A DNA stretch of 64,000 nt, from assembly GCA_963638355.1 (NCBI GenBank), contig CAVHRT010000001.1:4495-68494 (forward strand), read 5' to 3'. The DNA comes from Flexilinea sp. (lineage in GTDB: Bacteria; Bacteroidota; Bacteroidia; Bacteroidales; Paludibacteraceae). The notes under the pieces are model-generated. The model was given only the letters and a program-made list of their open reading frames with translations, was not told the origin of the DNA and ran no database searches. Positions within the stretch are counted from its first letter, which is position 1. The number at the start of each line of letters is the position of its first letter. Position numbers and translations under genes: made by a program. Positions 28,601-38,887 of this stretch are shown here, piece by piece.

Positions 28601-29263
28601 ATGAAACGCATTCGCATACTCTGTTCGTTGTTGCTTTTGAGCCTTTTCATCGGCATTTTTCAGGAGTCGGTCATGTCGTTTGTCGAAGGTTTTCAGCTGG
28701 GACTGAATGTCGCTGATTTCACCGAAAGCAATGGCATGGACGAGGACACTTTTGTGTCGCTCGATGTGAAACCCACTGCGCCGCAGTTGCAGCCAGAACT
28801 TTTGAACGCCAGCGACAGCACGCTAGTAGTGATGGCACCATCGACGGTGGCGGTGTCGCTCTTCTATCCGCACGGACAAATGCATCGCACCGCATTGCAG
28901 CAGGGCATCGCCATTTTTGGCACGGTGCTGAGTTTTGTGAGTGTCGGTATTTTCATCTACTTGATAGTGCTGTTGGTAAAAATCATTCTCTCGTTCCGCC
29001 GCGGGCAGATGTTCAACGAGCAGAATATTCGCCGAATAAACATCATTGGCATTGGATTTTTGGTGCTTGGCGTGCTGAATACGCTTTGGAGCGCGTTGAA
29101 TGTCTATCTGGCATCGAGTGTGGCAACGCTTCAAGGCTACGAATTTTCGTACGCCAAAGTGGTCGATTGGGACTACATCATCGTGGGATTTGTTATTTTG
29201 CTAATGAACGAGGTGCTACGCCTCGCCACCAACATGAAAAAGGAACAAGATTTGACCATCTAA
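28601..29263 (+). CDS. DUF2975-like membrane protein
   Basis: About 220 aa from ATG 28601 (MKRIRILCSLLLLSLFIG...), with 4 predicted TM helices. It lies immediately upstream of a small HTH regulator, which is the usual DUF2975 pairing. Confidence 0.55.
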   Translation: MKRIRILCSLLLLSLFIGIFQESVMSFVEGFQLGLNVADFTESNGMDEDTFVSLDVKPTAPQLQPELLNASDSTLVVMAPSTVAVSLFYPHGQMHRTALQQGIAIFGTVLSFVSVGIFIYLIVLLVKIILSFRRGQMFNEQNIRRINIIGIGFLVLGVLNTLWSALNVYLASSVATLQGYEFSYAKVVDWDYIIVGFVILLMNEVLRLATNMKKEQDLTI

Positions 29264-29287
29264 ATTTTTTTGTGGGAGAGTAGAATT

Positions 29288-29503
29288 ATGCCGATAGTTG
29301 TGAATTTAGATGTGATGATGGCAAAGCGCAAAATGTCGCTCAACGAATTGTCGGAGCGGGTAGATGTTACGCCAGCCAACCTATCCATTTTGAAAACGGG
29401 CAAAGCCAAGGCCATTCGTTTCAGCACGCTCGAAGCCGTGTGCCGCGCCCTGAAGTGCCAGCCAGGCGACATTCTAGAATTTTCTGATGAAGAAAATAAG
29501 TAG
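29288..29503 (+). CDS. XRE-family helix-turn-helix transcriptional regulator (YozG-like)
   Basis: 71 aa: MPIVVNLDVMMAKRKMSLNELSERVDVTPANLSILKTGKAKAIRFSTLEAVCRALKCQPGDILEF. Confidence 0.85.
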   Translation: MPIVVNLDVMMAKRKMSLNELSERVDVTPANLSILKTGKAKAIRFSTLEAVCRALKCQPGDILEFSDEENK

Positions 29504-29560
29504 TTAATCGATTGATAATCAATAAATTATTCAATAAAAATCAAATCAAAATTTGATCGT

Positions 29561-32512
29561 ATGAAAAAAAGAATTTTGACGCTCGTGGCCATTGTGGCAA
29601 CCGTTGCTACTGTGGCATTTGCACAGCAAAATCCGAGCAAAGGTTTCACGCAGTACACGCTCAGCAATGGCTTGACCGTTTATCTGTGGGAAGATCACAA
29701 CCAACCCGATGTTCACGGACGCGTGGTTTGCCGCGCTGGTGCCATCGACGAACCTGCCGACTACACTGGTCTTGCGCACTATTTGGAGCACATGCTTTTC
29801 AAAGGCACCGACCAAATTGGCGCGCTCAACTGGGAGAAAGAACAGCCTCTCTACGAAGAGATTATCCGCCTCTACGACGAGTTGGCAAAAGTGCCGATGA
29901 AAGATGAGAAAAAACGCGACGAATTGACCAAAAAAATTAACGAAGTGTCGCGCGAAGCTGCCCAGTATGGCGCAACCGACGATTTCTCGAACTTGATCGA
30001 AGGCATGGGCGGTGAAGATCTGAACGCATTCACAAGTTACGACTTGACCGCTTACTTCAACAATTTCCCCGCATTTCAAATGGAGAAATGGCTCGAAGTG
30101 AACTCGGAACGTCTGCGCAACCCTGTGTTTCGTTCGTTCCAAGCCGAGTTGGAAAATGTGTTCGAAGAGTACAACATGTACCAAGACTACAACAGCACGC
30201 ATGTGAACGATTTCATGCTCGAAAACCTCTACAAAGGTCACCCCTACGAGCGCGATGTAATTGGCAAAGTGGAGCATTTGCGCAACCCAAGCCTTTCGCC
30301 GCTTATCGAGTTTTTCCACACTTGGTATGTGCCAAACAATATGTGCTTGTTGCTGGTTGGTAATTTCGATACCGAAGAGGTGAAACCTTTAGTTGAAAAA
30401 TACTTCGGTCGTTTGGAGCCAAAACCGCTGCCCGAGCGCGAACATTTCACCGCAACCGATTTCGCTGGAAATCCGAAAGTGTCGAAAAAACTTGGCTATT
30501 ATCCCGAAATCGTTTGGGGCTACAATGGCGTGAAACAGGGCGACGAAGATAATCTGCTTATCGACTTCACTTTGGGCATGCTCAACAACGATCACAGCAC
30601 TGGCTTGTTCGATAAACTGATGCTCGATGGCGACATCACAGCCGCTTATGCCGAAAGCGACTCGCGCCGCGATCTTGGTCGCATCATGCTCATTGGCATT
30701 CCTTACTTCGACGTGGCTCAAGGTCAGTACGAGTCGAACGCTGCCACCGAAAAATTGATCATGAAAGAGGTCGATAAACTGAAAAATGGTCAGTTCGAGG
30801 ATTGGTTGTTCAAATCGGTGAAAGAGCAGTTGCTGCAAGAGACGCAGCTGATGTTCGAGGAGTCGGACAACAAAGTGAACATGCTTACTTACGCATTTGC
30901 TTACAATAAGCCTGTCGAAAACTACTTCAATCAGGCCAACCGCATCAACGCCATTACGCGCGAAGATGTGCAACGCTGCGCTCAAAAATACCTGACGGGC
31001 AACCATATTACCATCACCATCGAGGAAGGCACGCCTAAAAAGAACAAACTGAAAAAGCCTGATATTCTGCCACTCGATCCGCCAAAAGAGAATGTAACGG
31101 CATACGACGAAAAAATCAAAAATATGCCTGTTGGCACAGTGAAAGAGGAGTACAACAACTTTGCCGATGTTACCAAAACCAAACTCTATAACGATGTAAC
31201 GCTCTTCTGCACCGAAAACAAAGAGAACGACATTTTCTCGCTCACTCTGAAATATGGTGTCGGCACTGCCAAAATGCCAAAACTCGAATATGCTACACAG
31301 TTGATGAACTCCGCTGGCGTAATGCCAAACACTGATGCACAAAGTCTGCGCCGCCAATTCAGCGAACTTGGCGCAAGTTGCACCTACTCGGTGAGCGACA
31401 GCTATTTCTACATCACGCTGATGGGCGACGAGAAAAACTTGTCGGAAATCTGCAAACTGATGACGCGTCAAACGCTATTCCCAAAACTCGACAACAAACA
31501 ACTCGAGAGTGTGATTGGTGGCGTAATCAGCGGTCGTCTTATCGAGAAGAAAGACCCAAGCACCGTTTCGTCGGCTCTGATGGAATATGTGCTATACAAA
31601 GACAAATCGAAATATATCGACCGCATCGATGTGGAAGATATGTACAACGTTGTGGCAACCGACGATGGCGATGTCTCGGTTAACTACCTGATTACTATTG
31701 GCGACCTGACCAAAACCATTATCGACGCTACAAACTACGAACTCGAAATTCACTTTACTGGTAAAACGCCAGCCAACGAGGTTGCAGAAATTTGCCGTCG
31801 CGACCTGCCTCTGAAGGAAGGCTTGACCAAGAGCGAATCGCCAGTGATCCGCGACCGCGCAAAATACGATCAGCAGACCATCTTCTTCTTGCCAAATGCC
31901 GATATGCAGCAGGCCAAAGTCTACTTCTACATCAATGGTCAGCCCTACGACATCGCGCAAGATGTGCCGACCGAAGCCTTCAACCAATATTTCAGTGGCG
32001 GCTTTAGCGGCTTGGTAATGAACGAAATACGCGAAAAACGCTCGATGGCCTACACCGCCTTCGGACAGATGGTTGCGCCAGAACTTCCGGGCAAAGATAC
32101 CTATCTGATTGGCTATGTCGGCACGCAAGGCGACAAAGTGGCTGATGCCGTTGATGTCTACCTCAATCTGCTCAAAAATATGCCGCTCTATCCCGAGCGT
32201 TTGGAGAACATCAAGACCTATTTGCGCCAAGAGGCACTCACCACCAAGCCATCGTTCCGCAACAAGAGCTTCACATTCGATTATTGGCAGCGCATTGGCT
32301 ACAACGATGATCCCGCTCGCGTGAACATGCCAAAAATTGATGAGCTGCAGTTCGACGAAATCAGCGATTTCTACAACAAATACATTAAGGGACAACCCAT
32401 TGTTGTGGTCATCACTGGCGACCCGAAAACTATCGATCTGAAAGCCATTCAGGCAAAATGGGGCAAAGTTACCAAAGTCAGCACCTCGCGGTTGTTTAAG
32501 GGTGGCTTCTAA
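29561..32512 (+). CDS. M16 family (pitrilysin/insulinase-like) zinc peptidase, secreted
   Basis: 983 aa with a signal peptide. The inverted zinc motif is HYLEHMLFKGT (HxxEH), and the protein has a two-half M16 architecture. Confidence 0.85.
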   Translation: MKKRILTLVAIVATVATVAFAQQNPSKGFTQYTLSNGLTVYLWEDHNQPDVHGRVVCRAGAIDEPADYTGLAHYLEHMLFKGTDQIGALNWEKEQPLYEEIIRLYDELAKVPMKDEKKRDELTKKINEVSREAAQYGATDDFSNLIEGMGGEDLNAFTSYDLTAYFNNFPAFQMEKWLEVNSERLRNPVFRSFQAELENVFEEYNMYQDYNSTHVNDFMLENLYKGHPYERDVIGKVEHLRNPSLSPLIEFFHTWYVPNNMCLLLVGNFDTEEVKPLVEKYFGRLEPKPLPEREHFTATDFAGNPKVSKKLGYYPEIVWGYNGVKQGDEDNLLIDFTLGMLNNDHSTGLFDKLMLDGDITAAYAESDSRRDLGRIMLIGIPYFDVAQGQYESNAATEKLIMKEVDKLKNGQFEDWLFKSVKEQLLQETQLMFEESDNKVNMLTYAFAYNKPVENYFNQANRINAITREDVQRCAQKYLTGNHITITIEEGTPKKNKLKKPDILPLDPPKENVTAYDEKIKNMPVGTVKEEYNNFADVTKTKLYNDVTLFCTENKENDIFSLTLKYGVGTAKMPKLEYATQLMNSAGVMPNTDAQSLRRQFSELGASCTYSVSDSYFYITLMGDEKNLSEICKLMTRQTLFPKLDNKQLESVIGGVISGRLIEKKDPSTVSSALMEYVLYKDKSKYIDRIDVEDMYNVVATDDGDVSVNYLITIGDLTKTIIDATNYELEIHFTGKTPANEVAEICRRDLPLKEGLTKSESPVIRDRAKYDQQTIFFLPNADMQQAKVYFYINGQPYDIAQDVPTEAFNQYFSGGFSGLVMNEIREKRSMAYTAFGQMVAPELPGKDTYLIGYVGTQGDKVADAVDVYLNLLKNMPLYPERLENIKTYLRQEALTTKPSFRNKSFTFDYWQRIGYNDDPARVNMPKIDELQFDEISDFYNKYIKGQPIVVVITGDPKTIDLKAIQAKWGKVTKVSTSRLFKGGF

Positions 32513-32536
32513 CTTGCTGAAAATTAAAACATTGTA

Positions 32537-32571
32537 GAGACGCAGTTTCGACTGCGCCTCTGCGTGTTTTT
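32537..32571 (+). terminator. rho-independent terminator of the M16 peptidase gene
   Basis: gagacgcag-tttcga-ctgcgcctc (8 of 9 bp) is followed by tgcgtgttttt. Confidence 0.65.
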
Positions 32572-32633
32572 CTGGAAATCTGTAGAAATAGCGCGAAGCG
32601 CAATTTGAAATCTGAAATTTGAAATCTGTTTGT

Positions 32634-33095
32634 ATGGAAAGAACTCTCGTAATCATCAAACCGGGCGCAGTACAACGCAATTTGATTGGCGAAATCATCA
32701 CCCGTTTCGAGCGCAAAGGTCTGCAACTTCAAGGGCTGAAAATGATTCAACTCGACGACCGCATTCTGGCCGAACACTACGCGCACCTCACCGACAAACC
32801 ATTTTTCCCAACCATCTGCAACTCGATGAAGGCTTCGCCCGTAATCGTCTGCTGCTGGGCTGGCGTTGACGCAGTGCAAGTGGTTCGAAACATGACTGGT
32901 GTGACCAATTCGCGCAATGCACAACCAGGCACCATTCGTGGCGACTTTGGCATGAGCATGCAAGAAAACATCATTCACACTAGCGATTCGGTTGAAAATG
33001 CTGCCATAGAATTGGTGCGCTTTTTCCGCCCCGAGGAGATGTTCGATTATCCCATCGCCACGCAACAGTTTGTCTATTCAATAACTGAGAAATGA
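32634..33095 (+). CDS. ndk: nucleoside-diphosphate kinase
   Basis: MERTLVIIKPGAVQRNLIGEII.RFE.KG and NIIHTSDS (active-site His). The stop overlaps the next start (ATGA). Confidence 0.95.
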   Translation: MERTLVIIKPGAVQRNLIGEIITRFERKGLQLQGLKMIQLDDRILAEHYAHLTDKPFFPTICNSMKASPVIVCCWAGVDAVQVVRNMTGVTNSRNAQPGTIRGDFGMSMQENIIHTSDSVENAAIELVRFFRPEEMFDYPIATQQFVYSITEK

Positions 33096-33967
33096 TGCGC
33101 AGCGTTCGTTTTTGGCTGCTGGGCGCAATGACTTGCGCACCGGCACTTGTTCTGCACGCCCAAGAGGTGCTCTCGAGCGACGACCTTGGTGATATCGATG
33201 AATTGAAGGACACCACCGTTGTGGTCGATTCGCTGGTTCTCGATCCGACCTATCTCTACGGCTGTCCCGCTGCCGAACTCTATCACCATTCGTGGACTTC
33301 GCAGCGCATCAATCCTTATGGCGTGAAAATTGATAGCATTCCCGATTCTACGCTGATAGATGTGCGCGATTTTGTTTATCCTACGGTGAGTAATCGCATC
33401 ACATCAAATTTTGGCATGCGGCGCTATCGTTGGCACTACGGCACCGACATTGGTCTGACTGTGGGCGATACCATTTTTTCGACTTTTGGCGGTTGCGTGC
33501 GCATTATCGACTACGAGCCGAAAGGTTACGGACGCTATGTGGTGGTCCGTCACGACAATGGTTTGGAAACGGTCTATGCGCACCTCAGTCGCGTGCTTTG
33601 TCACCTCGACGAAGAGGTGGAGGCTGGTCAACCTATCGCCCTTGGCGGAAACACGGGACGCAGCACTGGACCGCATCTTCACTACGAAATTCGCTATCTT
33701 GGCAACGCATTCAACTCTGTGAAACTTATCGACTACGAAAATCGTTGTGCTCGTGGCGAGACTTATCTGATAACGCTGGCCGACACCTACAGCCACAATG
33801 CTGCGCTGAAAGAGTTGGCAAAAGCCAAGTATCACAAAGTGCGCAAAGGCGATACGCTCTCGGGCATTGCGCGGCGCTATGGCACAACGGTTTCCAAACT
33901 CTGCAAGTTGAATCACATCAGTCCAAAAAAAATCCTCCGCATCGGACAATCCATTCGGTATAGATAG
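33092..33967 (+). CDS. M23 family metallopeptidase with C-terminal LysM domain
   Basis: Signal peptide. The HYGTD ... GNTGRSTGPHLHYEIR motifs are followed by LysM (YHKVRKGDTLSGIARRYGTTVSKLCKLN). Confidence 0.85.
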   Translation: MMRSVRFWLLGAMTCAPALVLHAQEVLSSDDLGDIDELKDTTVVVDSLVLDPTYLYGCPAAELYHHSWTSQRINPYGVKIDSIPDSTLIDVRDFVYPTVSNRITSNFGMRRYRWHYGTDIGLTVGDTIFSTFGGCVRIIDYEPKGYGRYVVVRHDNGLETVYAHLSRVLCHLDEEVEAGQPIALGGNTGRSTGPHLHYEIRYLGNAFNSVKLIDYENRCARGETYLITLADTYSHNAALKELAKAKYHKVRKGDTLSGIARRYGTTVSKLCKLNHISPKKILRIGQSIRYR

Positions 33968-34000
33968 TTAAAATTAGGAATTAGGAGTGAGAAGTCACGT

Positions 34001-34110
34001 CAATTAAGAATTATGAATTAAGAATTAAGAACTGCCAACTGCAAAAGATGAAGATTCTGCGGTTCGACAGAATCTCCGCCCAAATTTTCAAATTTTCAAA
34101 TCTTCAAATG
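34001..34110 (-). repeat. composite intergenic repeat, copy 2 (inverted relative to 15099..15216)
   Basis: The order is (gaattaaga)n, then actgccaactgcaaaagatgaagattctgcggttcgacagaatctccgcc, then (caaattttcaaat)n. The core contains an 8-9-bp hairpin agattctg/cagaatct. Confidence 0.75.
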
Positions 34111-34168
34111 AAAAATAGATTTTTGGCTCACAGACCCTAACTAAACCATTAAACTCATCAACTAGATT

Positions 34169-35506
34169 ATGTACGATTTCGCAATCATTGGTGGCGGTCC
34201 TGCGGGTTACACGGCTGCCGAACGCGCCTCGAAGGCTGGACTCAGCGTGGTGCTTTTCGAAAAAAATGCACTTGGCGGCGTTTGCCTCAACGAGGGTTGC
34301 ATTCCCACAAAAACGTTGCTCTATAGCGCAAAACTCTATCAAAATGCGCTCAATTCGGCAAAATATGGCATCTCGGTTGGAGATGTGTCGTTCGATTTCG
34401 CAAAAATCAGCGTGCGCAAAACCAAAGTGGTGCGTAAACTGAACGCTGGCATACGTGCAAAACTGCAAAATGTTACGGTTGTTTCGGGCGAGGCAACGCT
34501 GAAAAATGCCGATGCAATCGCCAAAATTGAATGTAACGGCGAATTTTACGAAGCCAAAAAAGTTTTGCTCTGTAATGGCTCGTCAGTTTTCATTCCGCCG
34601 ATAAAAGGCACTGAAAATGGTCAGTTTTGGACTAGTCGCGAGGCGTTGCAGACTACCGAAGTGCCCGAAAGCATCGTCATTGTCGGTGGTGGTGTCATCG
34701 GAATGGAGTTTGCCGCGCTCTTTTCGGCATTTGGCAGCAAAGTTTCGGTTGTGGAGATGGCTTCCGAAATTCTGCCTGGAATAGATGGCGAAATTGCCGC
34801 ACTTTTGCGTGTCGAATATGCCAAGCGTGGGGTCGAGTTTTACCTCGGTGCAAAGGTGCTTGAGTTGGACGATGGATGCGTAAAATTTGCCGATGAAATG
34901 GGCGAAAAGTCAATTTCTGCATCGCAAATTTTGCTGTGCGTTGGTCGCCGTCCAAATCTGCAAAATATCGACCTCGATGCGTTGCATTTGCAGTTGGCTG
35001 GTCGTGGTCTGAAAGTGGACGAACACATGCTCACCACCAATCCGATAATTTACGCTGCTGGCGACATCAATGGTGTGTCGATGTTGGCCCACACTGCCGT
35101 GCGCGAGGCCGAAGTGGCGGTGGCTCATCTGCTTGGCAACGACGACCGCATGCACTACGATGCCGTGCCTGGCGTGGTCTATACCAATCCCGAAGTGGCT
35201 GGCGTGGGCGCAACCGAACAGTCGCTGCAGCGCGCTGGCATTGCCTATTGGGCGAAAAAATTGCCGCTGGCATATTCAGGACGGTTTGTGTCTGAAAACG
35301 AAGGCGGCAACGGTCTTTGCAAACTTTTGTTCGACAACGAAAGTCACCTGATTGGCGCGCACATCATCGGAAATCCTGCGTCGGAACTGATTGCCACGGC
35401 TGCGCTCGCCATCGAACAGCACCTCACTGCCGACGAATTTAGCAGCATCATTTTCCCGCATCCATCAGTTGGCGAGATCCTGAAAGAAACCGTTTTTTCA
35501 AATTAA
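34169..35506 (+). CDS. lpdA: dihydrolipoyl dehydrogenase-family FAD/NAD(P) disulfide oxidoreductase
   Basis: IIGGGPAGYTAA, the redox CLNEGCIPTK motif, VGGGVIGMEFA, and the C-terminal dimerisation HPS.GE motif. Confidence 0.85.
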   Translation: MYDFAIIGGGPAGYTAAERASKAGLSVVLFEKNALGGVCLNEGCIPTKTLLYSAKLYQNALNSAKYGISVGDVSFDFAKISVRKTKVVRKLNAGIRAKLQNVTVVSGEATLKNADAIAKIECNGEFYEAKKVLLCNGSSVFIPPIKGTENGQFWTSREALQTTEVPESIVIVGGGVIGMEFAALFSAFGSKVSVVEMASEILPGIDGEIAALLRVEYAKRGVEFYLGAKVLELDDGCVKFADEMGEKSISASQILLCVGRRPNLQNIDLDALHLQLAGRGLKVDEHMLTTNPIIYAAGDINGVSMLAHTAVREAEVAVAHLLGNDDRMHYDAVPGVVYTNPEVAGVGATEQSLQRAGIAYWAKKLPLAYSGRFVSENEGGNGLCKLLFDNESHLIGAHIIGNPASELIATAALAIEQHLTADEFSSIIFPHPSVGEILKETVFSN

Positions 35507-35651
35507 GAATTTTGAATTAAGAATTAAGAATTAGTCGGTAATTTCGTAAAATATTGCGGTTTATTCGCTTTATCGGCTAACTTAGAAACAGAAAATGCGT
35601 TAGCATTTTCGAAAAACAATTTCAAACAATTAGAAACACTTTTAATCAGAA

Positions 35652-37724
35652 ATGAAAAAATCTTTTCGTCACCGCGTTGCCTTCCGTTTTCGTCGCTTTT
35701 GCAGGGCGAAATATGCCATGTTCTGTTCTGTGAAACGCGAAGTGACCATCGGTCGCGTGGCGGGCTACATTGCCGATCTGCAGTTGGCAAAATCGAAACT
35801 CGCTGGCGCAGCTGTTTGCGCAGTAGCAACCATTTTTTCGCCGTTGATGCTCTTGGCCGACGACGACCCCGATGCTTTCGATCTTCAGAACCTTGACGAG
35901 GTGCAGATTACGGCTGTGAAACGCCAAGTGGCGAGCAATGCGCTGCATGTGGTGGCGACTGTCTCGGCCGAACAACTGCAATCGTTCCCTGTCACAACCC
36001 TTCCCGAACTGCTCGATTATCTCCCTGGAATCGACATACGCACACGTGGCGCAAATGGTGCGCAAGCCGACATCTCGATGCGCGGCGGCACCTTCGATCA
36101 AGTGCTAATCCTCCTCAATGGCGTGAACATCACCGACGCACAAACGGGCCACGCCAACCTCGACATTCCCATTGATTTTTCTGCCATCGAACGCATCGAA
36201 ATCCTGCGCGGCACTTCGGTGTGCCAATTTGGACTTTCGGCATTCAGCGGCGCCATCAACATAGTTACAAACGCCACGCCACAACGCACTGTGCGCGCTG
36301 CCGTGCATGGTGGCGACTTCGGCTTTTTCGCTCCGAAAATCGATTTTCGTTATGCAAAAGATGATTGGCACGTCGAGGCATCGGTCGACTACAATCAGTC
36401 CACTGGCTACACCGATAATACCGATTACAAATACGGAAATGCTTATCTATCAGCCACTTGCGACGATTCACTCACGGGAACTTGGCAAATGCAGTTGGGC
36501 GGACAGCTGAAAAATTTTGGCAGCAATTCGTTCTATTCGCTCAAATATCCCGATCAATTCGAGGCAACGAAAACACTGCTCGGCTCACTTTTGTGGCAAA
36601 AACGGCTGAATGTCGTTTCGCTCGAGGCATCGCTTTTTTACCGCGGGCATTACGATCGTTTCGAACTTTTTCGCGAAGGCAAAACGGAGGCACCAACGTG
36701 GTACACAGGGCATAACTATCACTGCACCGACATGGGCGGAGCAAATCTGAAAGCGTCGTTCCCCTACCGAATTGGGCGCACTTCGTTTGGCGCGGAATTG
36801 CGTGACGAACATATCTTCAGCAATGTGCTTGGCGACAAGCTTGAAAACGCGCGCCGTGTGCCTTTTGCTGCGGATTCGGTGCAATTTACCAAGGCAAAAA
36901 ATCGGCTGAATGTGAACTATTTTGCCGAGCAGATGTTTAGCGTGGGCAATTTTGTGGCGGCGGTGGGCATTTCGGGCAACTACAACACCATGTTTCGCCA
37001 CAATTTCGCCTTCACGGCCAATGCGTCGTATCATTTTGCTGCCGATGGCGAGGTGTTTGCCAACGTGAGTCGTGCGCTGCGTCTGCCCACTTTCACCGAT
37101 CTCTATTACCAGAGCACTACGCAGATTGCCAATCCGAACCTAAAGCCCGAAGAAAGCCTTACTTCGGAGATCGGCGTGCGCTGGGCTGGACATGGTTTTC
37201 GCACTAGCCTGAATGCCTATTATCGTGTTGGAAAAAATCTGATCGATTGGGTAAAAACGCCCGACGAGGAGCGCTGGCGCAGCGTGAACCATACGCGCGT
37301 CGATGCCTTTGGTGGTGAGGCTTCGCTGGCTTATTCGCACGGCTATTGGCTGAAAAATCTGGAGTTGAACTATGCCTATTGTCAGCTTTCGAAGGACGCG
37401 GGCGAGCTGATGTCGAAATATGCGCTCGACTACTTGCGGCACAAATTCACAGTAAATTTGGCGCACGGAATTTATAAAGGCTTTGGCGCAAGTTGGCAGT
37501 TCACTTTTCAGCAGCGCGAAGGCACTTACACCGATGTCGATGGTGCGGTGCAACGCTACACGCCAGCCTATCTGCTCGATGGCAGAATTTTCTGGCAAAA
37601 TCAGAAATTGAACATTTTTTTGGAGGGCAGCAACCTGATCGGTCAAAAATACTATGACTATGGCGGCATCGTTCAGCCAGGACGCTGGATAAAGGCAGGA
37701 ATTTCAGTAAAATTTGATTACTAA
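35652..37724 (+). CDS. TonB-dependent receptor
   Basis: 690 aa. The plug motifs (LDEVQITAV, RGANGAQADISMRGGTFDQVLILLNGVNITD) are followed by a beta-barrel with terminal ...AGISVKFDY. Confidence 0.85.
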   Translation: MKKSFRHRVAFRFRRFCRAKYAMFCSVKREVTIGRVAGYIADLQLAKSKLAGAAVCAVATIFSPLMLLADDDPDAFDLQNLDEVQITAVKRQVASNALHVVATVSAEQLQSFPVTTLPELLDYLPGIDIRTRGANGAQADISMRGGTFDQVLILLNGVNITDAQTGHANLDIPIDFSAIERIEILRGTSVCQFGLSAFSGAINIVTNATPQRTVRAAVHGGDFGFFAPKIDFRYAKDDWHVEASVDYNQSTGYTDNTDYKYGNAYLSATCDDSLTGTWQMQLGGQLKNFGSNSFYSLKYPDQFEATKTLLGSLLWQKRLNVVSLEASLFYRGHYDRFELFREGKTEAPTWYTGHNYHCTDMGGANLKASFPYRIGRTSFGAELRDEHIFSNVLGDKLENARRVPFAADSVQFTKAKNRLNVNYFAEQMFSVGNFVAAVGISGNYNTMFRHNFAFTANASYHFAADGEVFANVSRALRLPTFTDLYYQSTTQIANPNLKPEESLTSEIGVRWAGHGFRTSLNAYYRVGKNLIDWVKTPDEERWRSVNHTRVDAFGGEASLAYSHGYWLKNLELNYAYCQLSKDAGELMSKYALDYLRHKFTVNLAHGIYKGFGASWQFTFQQREGTYTDVDGAVQRYTPAYLLDGRIFWQNQKLNIFLEGSNLIGQKYYDYGGIVQPGRWIKAGISVKFDY

Positions 37725-37795
37725 AAAGTGAAGGACTGGAAATTAAACCTCGCTGACCACCGTTAATGCGTTAAACTTTTCAACTCGTCATCTTT

Positions 37796-38887
37796 TCAAC
37801 TTTTCCACCTAAAATCTCCAACCAATCCGCGCAGCGCAGAATAGACCACATAAACGGGATAGATTGCGCTCAAAGCGAGTGTGTGGCGCAGAAGTTTAGT
37901 TTGGTGTGTGAATGGCAGAAAAATCGCCAAAAATGCCGTATCTATCGCGAATTTTGCGCAAAAAGCAATGCAAAATGGCGTGAGCGTGGCAAAATGCAAA
38001 AAAATGCCGATGAAATCGAGCAAAATCAACGCAGAAAGTCCAAAAACCAAGCACGCCACGACGATGGTCGCTGGGTCGGTGTAACTGGCGGCTTTCGAGG
38101 TCCAGCGCGCCCGCTGATTTACAAAATCGTGCAGCGTGGTTTGCGGCTTGGTCGTTACCACAGTTTTTTCACTCTTCAAAAAGGCGATTTTACCGCCCAT
38201 TTTCTTCACTTCGTGCAGAAGAAAAACATCGTCGCCCGAAGGTTGTTCGGTGTGCAATGCGCTATGGCACTGCAGCCAAACGCTTTTTTTGAAAGCCAAA
38301 TTCGCACCATTGCACATCACTGGCGCGTGTGCGCCACAAGCCCCAGCTGTCGATGCAATGAGCGAAGCAAATTCCAACGCTTGCAGTTGCTGAAACAGCG
38401 TGCTGTCGTCGGTCATGCGCACTGCGCCAAGCAGCAAATCAGGCTCATTTTCGGCGAAATAATCGGAAATAATTTGCAGATGTTCGGCCTGCAGCGTGCA
38501 GTCGGCATCGGTGCAGACGATTATCTCATTTTTGGCGGCTAAAATGCCATCGCTGAGCGCACTTTTTTTGCCATTTCCTGATGCCAAAATGCAGCGCACA
38601 AAAGTGTGATTTTTGGCGAATTCATCGAGAATTTTTGCGGTGTCGTCGGTGGAGTGGTCGTCTACAAAAATTACCTCGAAATCGGTGTGCGTTTGTGCTT
38701 CGATCGACTGCAAAAGTGGCGGCAGATTTTCGGCTTCGTTTTTGCAGCAGACAACGAGCGAAATCAGCGATTTCATCGGCATTTTTTCGGTATAGCGCGG
38801 TGTGCGTTTCCAGCCGATGGCAAACACCAAAATCATGGCAGCGTAGAGCGCCAAAAAACAGTATGTGGCAATGGAAATGACGACCAT
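37796..38887 (-). CDS. family 2 glycosyltransferase (membrane-anchored)
   Basis: VVCCKNEAENLPPLLQSIEAQTHTDFEVIFVDDHSTD, a CTDADC (DxD-like) motif, and a C-terminal TM segment. The start is set at ATG 38887, overlapping the comF stop by 1 nt (TAATG). Confidence 0.8.
   Translation of the reverse strand: MVVISIATYCFLALYAAMILVFAIGWKRTPRYTEKMPMKSLISLVVCCKNEAENLPPLLQSIEAQTHTDFEVIFVDDHSTDDTAKILDEFAKNHTFVRCILASGNGKKSALSDGILAAKNEIIVCTDADCTLQAEHLQIISDYFAENEPDLLLGAVRMTDDSTLFQQLQALEFASLIASTAGACGAHAPVMCNGANLAFKKSVWLQCHSALHTEQPSGDDVFLLHEVKKMGGKIAFLKSEKTVVTTKPQTTLHDFVNQRARWTSKAASYTDPATIVVACLVFGLSALILLDFIGIFLHFATLTPFCIAFCAKFAIDTAFLAIFLPFTHQTKLLRHTLALSAIYPVYVVYSALRGLVGDFRWKS

Noticed and set aside
34050-34085. 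tRNA-like fragment (GCGGTTCGACAGAATCTCCGCCCAA) in the composite repeat core.
   Set aside because: It has a GGTTCGA T-loop-like string and a CCGCCCA tail. However, the loop is 8 nt, there are no D or anticodon arms upstream, and there is no proper acceptor pairing. It is not a tRNA gene and is at most a distant tRNA-end-like relic.
35507-35651. Riboswitch (e.g. cobalamin or thiamine) upstream of the TonB-dependent receptor.
   Set aside because: The 145-nt leader is AT-rich word repeats (gaattaaga) with no conserved riboswitch core such as a B12 box or a GC-rich multi-stem junction.
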